A program made the position numbers and the translations under genes. A model generated the notes under the pieces. The model worked only from the letters and a program-made list of their open reading frames with translations, was not told where the DNA came from and searched no databases. DNA of 64,000 bases from an uncultured Desulfatiglans sp. (lineage in GTDB: Bacteria; Desulfobacterota; DSM-4660; Desulfatiglandales; HGW-15): NCBI GenBank assembly GCA_964499695.1, contig CAZCMD010000001.1:13872-77871 (forward strand), given 5' to 3'. Shown piece by piece: positions 57,204 through 63,837 of this stretch; the stretch's first letter is position 1, and every line of letters starts with the position of its first letter.

Positions 57204-57544
57204 TTCATACCTAAAAATTTTGTTACTTCCATTTTAACCAGGTCAGAGATCCTTTTGGTGAGCATATCTATCTCACTTTCAGGTGACTTCGTAATACTGC
57301 TGCCATTATTGAAATACTCCTTTACCTGTGAGATACTCTTGCCTGCATTTCTCAGGTTTTTTATCTTTTCAAATACCGGGATATGAGATTCTGTATACCT
57401 TCGCTGTCCACCCGGAGTTCTTGAAGTCACAATTATTCCTTTCAGCTCCTTTTCCCAGAATCGTAAAGTTGGTTTTGGAACATCTAATATTTCGCTCAGT
57501 TGTTGAATGGTAAGCTGAGGTGTGTCTTGGTCTATATTGCTCAT
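57200..57544 (-). CDS. small MerR-family HTH protein
   Basis: LTIQQLSEILDVPKPTLRFWEKE...RTPGGQRRY, a MerR-type winged HTH. 114 aa. Confidence 0.7.
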   Translation of the reverse strand: MSNIDQDTPQLTIQQLSEILDVPKPTLRFWEKELKGIIVTSRTPGGQRRYTESHIPVFEKIKNLRNAGKSISQVKEYFNNGSSITKSPESEIDMLTKRISDLVKMEVTKFLGMK

Positions 57545-57599
57545 AAAATGAACCCTTTAAGTTTATGAATAAATGTTTTTTATGGGGAAGAATGGGTTA

Positions 57600-57616
57600 C
57601 TGGTAAAATATACCAG
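57600..57616. promoter_or_regulatory. perfect palindrome CTGGTA-N5-TACCAG upstream of the MerR-like gene (possible operator)
   Basis: Read directly from the sequence. Lies 56-72 nt upstream of the ATG at 57544 and just downstream of the galE stop. Confidence 0.25.
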
Positions 57617-57649
57617 CGTGTTCATTTATTGGATAATTTGAATAACAGT

Positions 57650-58642
57650 CTATTTATAACCGGTTGGATTGGATTTATGCCATCGCCATGCGGTTTCAAC
57701 GATACTTTCGAGATCGGTGTATTGAGGTTTCCAACCTAAATCACTAATAATCCTCTCGCTTGAACCTATCAACTTTGCGGGATCTCCAGCTCTTTTATTA
57801 TCTATCTTAAACGGGATGAATTTTCCGGTTATTTTTTCGGTTGTCTCTATTACCTGTTTAACTGAATAGCCTTCTCCATTTCCCAGGTTAAAAATAACTC
57901 CCTTTTTAACATCTGATAGTTTTTCCATGGCTAAAAAATGTGCCTGTGCCAAATCTGTTACATGAATGTAATCCCTTATGCATGTCCCGTCTTTTGTAGG
58001 GTAATTGTCACCGAATATACTGATATAATCTCTCTGACCCAGAGCAGTCTGGATTGCCAGCGGTATAATATGTGTTTCAGGGTTGTGGTCTTCGCCTATT
58101 TCACCATCAGGGTCTGCGCCAGCGGCATTAAAATATCTCAAGGCAATATAATTGAGACCATAAGCTTTATGATAATCATTCAGGATTTGTTCCACCATTA
58201 ATTTACTTCTTCCATAGGGATTTATAGGGCACTGAGGATGTTCTTCTGTTATTGGAATTTCAGATGGTTCACCATATGTTGCACAGGAAGAAGAGAAAAT
58301 CAAATTATTAACATTATTTTTTCTCATGGATTCAAGAAGAGAAATGGTCGCCGCAACATTATTAAAATAATATTTGCCCGGATCACTTATTGATTCACCC
58401 ACATATGCAAATGCAGCAAAGTGCATTACTATAAAGATATTATTTTCTTTAAAAATCGTGGATAAAAGCGAATGGTCTTCAATAGAACCTTTTATAAAGG
58501 TGCCCCATTTCACTGCTTCAATATGTCCAAAGACCAGGTTATCAAGTATAATTGGATTATATCCTCTTTGATAAAGGTATTTGGACATATGGGACCCGAT
58601 ATAGCCTGCCCCTCCAACAATCAGAACGTCAACTTTTTTCAT
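57650..58642 (-). CDS. galE: UDP-glucose 4-epimerase
   Basis: VGGAGYIGSH, SSSCATYG and YGRSK (YxxxK), with GalE-like length and C-terminus. Confidence 0.88.
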   Translation of the reverse strand: MKKVDVLIVGGAGYIGSHMSKYLYQRGYNPIILDNLVFGHIEAVKWGTFIKGSIEDHSLLSTIFKENNIFIVMHFAAFAYVGESISDPGKYYFNNVAATISLLESMRKNNVNNLIFSSSCATYGEPSEIPITEEHPQCPINPYGRSKLMVEQILNDYHKAYGLNYIALRYFNAAGADPDGEIGEDHNPETHIIPLAIQTALGQRDYISIFGDNYPTKDGTCIRDYIHVTDLAQAHFLAMEKLSDVKKGVIFNLGNGEGYSVKQVIETTEKITGKFIPFKIDNKRAGDPAKLIGSSERIISDLGWKPQYTDLESIVETAWRWHKSNPTGYK

Positions 58643-58830
58643 AATAATTATTTTTGTTTTTAAAGGTTTATTCCCAGATTACAGGGCAGGCTCCGCCCCT
58701 TTGGTTTACATACCCTGGTAATGTCTTAAATATTTGGTTTCCAAAATTGATAAATCCTTTAGGGAAAGAAGAGGCTTTATTACCTCATCCCATGAAGAAT
58801 TAACTTAAGCTTTAACTTTTACTTGAAACT

Positions 58831-58846
58831 TGCAATATGAGTGCCA
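58831..58846 (-). promoter_or_regulatory. consensus sigma54 promoter in front of galE and the glycosylation island
   Basis: Reverse strand reads TGGCACTCATATTGCA (TGGCAC-N5-TTGCA), about 190 nt upstream of the galE ATG. Confidence 0.7.
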
Positions 58847-58976
58847 CAAAATAATACTAATGAAAATACTCGTTATAACAATAGGTTATATCTTTTTTAT
58901 ATTGTTTATTGGGTGTTAAAGGTCAAGCGATTGACGCTTAAAGTTGAAAAATTTGCCGGATAGTTTTAGGTGTCAG

Positions 58977-59012
58977 AAAATTGACCTTGCTGAAAAATGC
59001 ATGGCAGGTCAA
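58977..59012 (-). terminator. rho-independent terminator candidate after the SBP/hybrid-kinase operon
   Basis: Reverse strand reads TTGACCTGC-loop-GCAAGGTCAA (one bulge) followed by TTTT, starting 19 nt after the kinase stop codon. Confidence 0.45.
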
Positions 59013-59030
59013 CGGAGATTAGAAAGAGGT

Positions 59031-61706
59031 TTACCTTGCCAGTGCATCCCGTATGGCCCGCCCTATCTTTTCTATATTGTAGGGTTTTTTGATATATGTA
59101 AAGGCGCCAAGTCGCAATGTCTCTCTTACCTGTTCTGTCTCTGAAAACCCGCTTGCGATAACAGCCTTCTGGCCAGGGTGTATTTCAAGTATCTGTCTGT
59201 ATGTCTCAAGGCCGTTAATCCCCGGTTCCATGATCATATCAAGGACAACAAGATCGGCAGAGTTGTTTTTCATATATTCTATGGCCTCCTCGCCACCTGA
59301 AACCGCAGTTACCCTGTATCCCAGTTTATCTAATATCCGGGAGAGGATTATCCTCTGCTCTTCTACATCATCAACAATAAGTATGGATTCACCCTTTGAT
59401 ATATATACATCAAGTGGTATAGAGGTTTTTTTTGCTGCCACATTCTCCCTGCTGGCCGGAAAATAGAGCCTGATAGTAGTTCCCCTGTTTTCTTCACTCC
59501 TTATATCAACATACCCTTTGTGGTCTTTAACTGTTCCCCATACAACGGTCATGCCCAAACCTGTGCCGCTTCTACCCATCTTCTTTTTGGTATAAAAGGG
59601 TTCAAAAATATTTATGAGATCCGTTTCCGGTATACCATCACCTGTATCCGATACAGTGAGTGTAACATACTCCCCCTCTTTGATATTTTCATAACCTGAA
59701 ACAGGTTTGTCCAGGTATTGATTTTCTGTTGATATCTGAATCCTCCCGCCATGAGGCATGGCCTCTGCGCTGTTGGATACAAGGTTCATGATTATCTTTG
59801 AGAGGTGAAAGCCTGACCCCATTATATTGAACAGGCCCTCATCAAGGTTTATATCCACCTCGATAGTTGGATGAAAGGAGAGGATATTTTCACATTCAGG
59901 GCTTTTCAAAAACTCGGTGATTATACTGTTCAGGTTTAAAACCTCATTTACAGAAACCCCTCTTCTTGCAAGGGTAAGAAGGTCCTGCACGATTGCGGCT
60001 GCCTTTTCACCGGCCTTTTTTATTGTAAGGAGCGGGCCTTTAAGGGGATTGGTGTCAGGCATGTCTAATGTCAAAAGTTCAGGATAGCTAACTACACCGC
60101 CAAGGATATTGTTCAGGTCATGGGCCACCCCGGCTGCAAGTGTGCCTATGACCTCCATTTTCTGGGCGCGCATAAGTTTTGATTGCAACTCCTTTGATTC
60201 GGATATGTCTATCACGGTAAGTATCATACCCTTTGAAAGGTCTTTTGAATCAAGGGCGCAGGCACCTAAAATACAGTCAAGTACAGCGCCATTTTTTCTG
60301 GCCCATTGTGTTTCAATGTTGATAGTATCCCCATTAGTATCTGCAAAAAGTCGTTTATCTACGCGCTCATATTCTGTCTCATTAGTGAAAAGTATAGATA
60401 TGTTTTGTCCAATCAGGGATCCTTCTTCGTAGCCGGACATGGTAAACAGTGTTTCATTTGCCCATTCAAGTCTTGCATTGTTTATGAGCCCTATCCCTAT
60501 AGGTGAGGCCATAAGGATGGCCTTCATCTTCTGCTCGCTTTCCAGCAGCACCTTTTCTACCTGCTTTCGTTCTGCAACCTCCTTTTCAAGGGCATCCCTT
60601 GATACTGTTGTGGTTTTCAGGTCATTCACCATCAAGCTGAAACTTTTTGCAAGGTCACCGATCTCATTATTGGAGCGGATATCTATCTCAAGTGATAATT
60701 GGCCTTTACCAATCTTTTTTGCTGCATCCCTGAGTTCTATAACCGGTTTTGTAAGCCTTCTTGACAGGAATACGCCTGATATTACCGCCAGTATAAGGCT
60801 CAGGAGCATGACAGATCCTGAAAGTATAAGGGTCATTACCACAGGCTGATAAGCCTCAAGAACAGGCAATTCAACAATCACAGCCCATTCAGGTGATGAA
60901 AGCGGGACATGGCTTGCAACCACAAGCCTATTGTTAATACCCCGCGATATCCTGGGTGAAATATCAGTCATGTGTGTCTTTTCTTTTACAAAGATATCCA
61001 CCTCCCTGAGATGAGACAGGTTCTCTCTCTTTAATACAGGGGCTATATCCCGATATGCAATCAGGTATCCCTGCTTTTCCACCACATAGGCTACGCCATT
61101 TTCACCGATCCTGATCCTCCCCATCAGGTCCCACATGAATTTAAGATTCAGGTCAGCTATCAGTGTGCCAAGAAAATCGCCAAATACATCTGTTACAGGC
61201 ACTGCCATGATCATCATTGGCTCACTTGTTGTTTCATCAATATATACAGGGCCGATATAGGTTTCATTGTTTTTCGTTTTTTGAAACAATTCATCCCTGT
61301 TGAAGTGCTCAGGTTGTGTGGAATTGATTTTGGTAATACGGGCTATCCTTGCTGTCTCTTCTTTTCCTGAGTCAAAAAGGATCAACTGGCGAAATGCCGG
61401 TTCAAGCCCCATTAATCTTTCAAGGGTTGGTTCCTGTGCCTTTTTTGGGGTAATCGGCATATTTCTGCGTCTTGAGGCGGATTCCAGTTTGGTAAATTTT
61501 TCTTGTATAAAATATTCAACCGCGTTTGCTGCATCCTTTGCTATAAATTTTTGATTTGTCAGTATAATTTTTTGCTGTGCCTGGAAGCTGAAATACATCT
61601 GCAGGGTGGTGGCAATAACAAGGGCCGCCATAGTCAGCACAGAAAACCCTGTGGCCAGTGTAACTGCAAGACTTCTGAATTTTTCTGATTTTTTATTTGC
61701 TGACAA
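59031..61706 (-). CDS. hybrid sensor histidine kinase (TM, periplasmic Cache-like domain, HAMP, PAS, HisKA, HATPase, REC)
   Basis: Two TM helices flank a ~270-aa extracytoplasmic region. AAGVAHDLNNIL H-box, NLVSNSAEAM, SDTGDGI, GTGLGM. C-terminal REC (ILIVDD...LDMIMEPGING...KKPY). TTG start 1 nt after the SBP stop. Confidence 0.88.
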   Translation of the reverse strand: MSANKKSEKFRSLAVTLATGFSVLTMAALVIATTLQMYFSFQAQQKIILTNQKFIAKDAANAVEYFIQEKFTKLESASRRRNMPITPKKAQEPTLERLMGLEPAFRQLILFDSGKEETARIARITKINSTQPEHFNRDELFQKTKNNETYIGPVYIDETTSEPMMIMAVPVTDVFGDFLGTLIADLNLKFMWDLMGRIRIGENGVAYVVEKQGYLIAYRDIAPVLKRENLSHLREVDIFVKEKTHMTDISPRISRGINNRLVVASHVPLSSPEWAVIVELPVLEAYQPVVMTLILSGSVMLLSLILAVISGVFLSRRLTKPVIELRDAAKKIGKGQLSLEIDIRSNNEIGDLAKSFSLMVNDLKTTTVSRDALEKEVAERKQVEKVLLESEQKMKAILMASPIGIGLINNARLEWANETLFTMSGYEEGSLIGQNISILFTNETEYERVDKRLFADTNGDTINIETQWARKNGAVLDCILGACALDSKDLSKGMILTVIDISESKELQSKLMRAQKMEVIGTLAAGVAHDLNNILGGVVSYPELLTLDMPDTNPLKGPLLTIKKAGEKAAAIVQDLLTLARRGVSVNEVLNLNSIITEFLKSPECENILSFHPTIEVDINLDEGLFNIMGSGFHLSKIIMNLVSNSAEAMPHGGRIQISTENQYLDKPVSGYENIKEGEYVTLTVSDTGDGIPETDLINIFEPFYTKKKMGRSGTGLGMTVVWGTVKDHKGYVDIRSEENRGTTIRLYFPASRENVAAKKTSIPLDVYISKGESILIVDDVEEQRIILSRILDKLGYRVTAVSGGEEAIEYMKNNSADLVVLDMIMEPGINGLETYRQILEIHPGQKAVIASGFSETEQVRETLRLGAFTYIKKPYNIEKIGRAIRDALAR

Positions 61707-61707
61707 T

Positions 61708-62724
61708 TTATCGGATTATCTCCCTGGCCCTGCTCAATAGACCCTCGCTCACAGGGAGCCCCAGCTCTTTCATCACCCTGTAATTAATCCTGAGGTGGCT
61801 CTCAGGTGATGCAACAGGTATTGTGCCGGCAGGTGTGCCTTTGAATATCTTATCTATCATTGTGGCTGCAAGCGTGCCTGTTTCAAAAAAATCAGGATGA
61901 AATGTATAAATGGCGCCCTGATCTACAGTAAATGGGGCGCCGCCCCCAAGGGGTATCCTGTGTTTATTTGTAAAATCTACTATAGTCTGAAAACCTTCGG
62001 GTGTGTGATTGATAAACTCTGGCATAATCAGGATGGCATCTATGCCGATATCACCCTGTGCACTTCTCTTCGCAAGGGTATCCTTAAGGCTTTCAACACT
62101 TGTTATGTGATCCTCGAGCAGTGTTATGCCAAACGATGGGGCGGCCTCACGCAGGGCCTCTGCCGCCTTTTGTGTTGTAGGATAATTTGGGTCATAGAGT
62201 ATCAGGATGCGCTTTGCATTGGGAACGAACTTTGGAAAAAAACTGAGGCGCATGACATCGTTATCTGACCCCGGAAACCGGACACCTGTAATATTGCCGC
62301 CTGGCTGACGTATGCTTTCTATAAGGCCTGTTCCTTCTATATTTGCATTGGCAAAAACAACCGGGATATCTGTTCCAAGGGTTGCCTCTTTTGCTGCGAT
62401 GCTCGCCTCTGTTGGAAATGTGAAAATAAGATCAACATTGACCTTTACAAAATCCTTAGCAGCCTGCTTCTCCTGTTCTGGGTCCATATTGGCAATTTTA
62501 ACATCATAGGCAATGTTTTTTCCTTCTACATAGCCTAGCTCAGCCATTTTTGCCTTGAATCCATCTGCTATTATTGTAAAGGAGTCTACCTCGGAAAGAA
62601 TACCCACCTTATATACCTTCTCACCCCTGTCGCCACAACCGCAAAGGGATATACAGATTGCAAACAGGATCATTGAGAATAGTATTTTCCATATTGATTT
62701 TTTATGTCTGTATCTATGCATCAT
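61708..62724 (-). CDS. lipoprotein, ABC-transporter-type substrate-binding protein (ABC_sub_bind family-like)
   Basis: Lipobox ISLCGC. VGILSE...FKAKMAELGYVEGKNI...PVVFA... pattern of the BMP/ABC_sub_bind family that often pairs with sensor kinases. Confidence 0.65.
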   Translation of the reverse strand: MMHRYRHKKSIWKILFSMILFAICISLCGCGDRGEKVYKVGILSEVDSFTIIADGFKAKMAELGYVEGKNIAYDVKIANMDPEQEKQAAKDFVKVNVDLIFTFPTEASIAAKEATLGTDIPVVFANANIEGTGLIESIRQPGGNITGVRFPGSDNDVMRLSFFPKFVPNAKRILILYDPNYPTTQKAAEALREAAPSFGITLLEDHITSVESLKDTLAKRSAQGDIGIDAILIMPEFINHTPEGFQTIVDFTNKHRIPLGGGAPFTVDQGAIYTFHPDFFETGTLAATMIDKIFKGTPAGTIPVASPESHLRINYRVMKELGLPVSEGLLSRAREIIR

Positions 62725-62902
62725 GCCACCATAAATAAAGGTTTTATTTCCGGTTGACCTGCATCGTTAACCCGGAATTTTCAGTATCGCCAGGTTAATA
62801 TGAAGTATAAAATTATTCAAATTTCATGCCAGTTTAACTCAATTAATAAATTTTTAAAATGTAATATTATTTAATGCCCATCCAAAAACTGTCGTTTTTG
62901 AA

Positions 62903-62997
62903 TGGCAGCGGTCAGCCATCAGCGTTCAGCTTTCAGCAAAATGCTTTTAAAACGGGGTCTTTGCTCACGGCTGACAGCTGAATGCTGAAAGCTCCAT
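62903..62997. repeat. inverted pair of heptamer arrays (5 x NNNCAGC, 25-nt spacer, 5 x GCTNNNN) forming a long imperfect hairpin
   Basis: Left arm TGGCAGC GGTCAGC CATCAGC GTTCAGC TTTCAGC. Right arm GCTCACG GCTGACA GCTGAAT GCTGAAA GCTCCAT. Confidence 0.8.
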
Positions 62998-63091
62998 CCG
63001 GGTTTTTGTTATTTCTGTATGGGCACTGCTTAAATCTGCCTTAACTATATCGGCTTATGGGGAATATTTCATTATTTCTTAATTTTATCCC

Positions 63092-63120
63092 TTGACTTAC
63101 AGTTTTAATTACAGTATTAT
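63092..63120 (+). promoter_or_regulatory. sigma70-type promoter of lexA
   Basis: TTGACT-17 nt-TATTAT, about 70 nt upstream of the lexA ATG. Confidence 0.6.
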
Positions 63121-63135
63121 TTTGCAAACTGTAAG
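63096..63135. promoter_or_regulatory. repeat set overlapping the lexA promoter (candidate LexA operator)
   Basis: TTACAGT at 63097-63103 and 63109-63115 (direct repeat, 12-nt period) and the inverted copy ACTGTAA at 63128-63134. CTTACAGTT and AACTGTAAG form a perfect 9-nt inverted repeat. Confidence 0.35.
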
Positions 63136-63188
63136 TTTAACTGAAAGAAGCGTTGCTTTGCATGTAAACAAACAAAAAGGGGCAGGGA

Positions 63189-63791
63189 ATGAAACTCACA
63201 GATAAACAGAAGGATGTTCTTACCTATATATCCGGCTATATTAGTGAATGGGGGCAGTCCCCCAGTTTTGATGAGATATGCGCCCGTTTCGGGTTCAGTT
63301 CCTACAACACCGTAACCACATATCTCAAACTGCTTGAAAAAAAGGGGTATATACGCCTACCTGAAAAAAACATGAAACGTTCCATAGAGGTAATAAGCCC
63401 TGTTGAGACAAAACGGCTTGAACTCCCACTATTAGGAAAGGTTGCAGGTGGAAAGCCCATAGAGGCCATAGAAAACTATGATGTTATTGAGGTGCCTCCA
63501 TCCATGCTTGGCGGGGGGGATCACTTTGTCCTGGAGGTTCAGGGGTTTTCCATGCAGGAAGAGGGGATACTGGATGGTGATTTTGTCATAGTCAGAAAAC
63601 AGTCTGGGGCTGAGAATGGCGAAACAGTGGTTGCCCTTATAGGTAACGAGGCAACCGTAAAAAAGTATTACAAAACAGGCAAACATGTGGAACTGAGGCC
63701 TGCCCATGAGGGCATGGAATCCATATTTGTGGAAAAGGGAGACGTGCGTATAGAGGGCAAGGTGGTTGGGGTGTTGAGGTATTATAAATAA
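63189..63791 (+). CDS. lexA: SOS repressor LexA
   Basis: N-terminal wHTH (LTDKQKDVLTYI...SPSFDEI), the cleavage region VAGG, and the S24 peptidase motifs GFSMQEEGILDGDFVIV and ATVKKYY. Confidence 0.92.
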   Translation: MKLTDKQKDVLTYISGYISEWGQSPSFDEICARFGFSSYNTVTTYLKLLEKKGYIRLPEKNMKRSIEVISPVETKRLELPLLGKVAGGKPIEAIENYDVIEVPPSMLGGGDHFVLEVQGFSMQEEGILDGDFVIVRKQSGAENGETVVALIGNEATVKKYYKTGKHVELRPAHEGMESIFVEKGDVRIEGKVVGVLRYYK

Positions 63792-63793
63792 AG

Positions 63794-63828
63794 GCACGGT
63801 ATACGGTGTACGGTTTGAGGTATAAGGA
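63794..63828. repeat. tandem degenerate heptamers (GCACGGT ATACGGT GTACGGT TTGAGGT ATAAGGA)
   Basis: Five 7-nt units between lexA and the four-helix-bundle gene. The last unit supplies the AAGGAGG RBS. Confidence 0.75.
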
Positions 63829-63837
63829 GGGATTGTT

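Noticed and set aside
28062-58642. Looked for pseudaminic/legionaminic/sialic acid genes (NeuB/PseI/LegI, PseB/C/F/G/H, NeuA) and Maf-type transferases in the island
   Set aside because: None of the 24 proteins shows the motifs I associate with these families. This absence is by eye only and must be confirmed by HMM search. Such genes could also lie elsewhere in the genome.
58801-58835. Quasi-periodic AACTT repeats that first looked like another heptamer array
   Set aside because: The periodicity is irregular (12, 7, 7), and the right end is part of the perfect sigma54 promoter. Not counted as a member of the heptamer family.
62816-62831. Reverse-strand TGGCATGAAATTTGAA upstream of the SBP gene as a sigma54 promoter
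   Set aside because: The invariant GC of the -12 element is GA here, so it is too weak to call.
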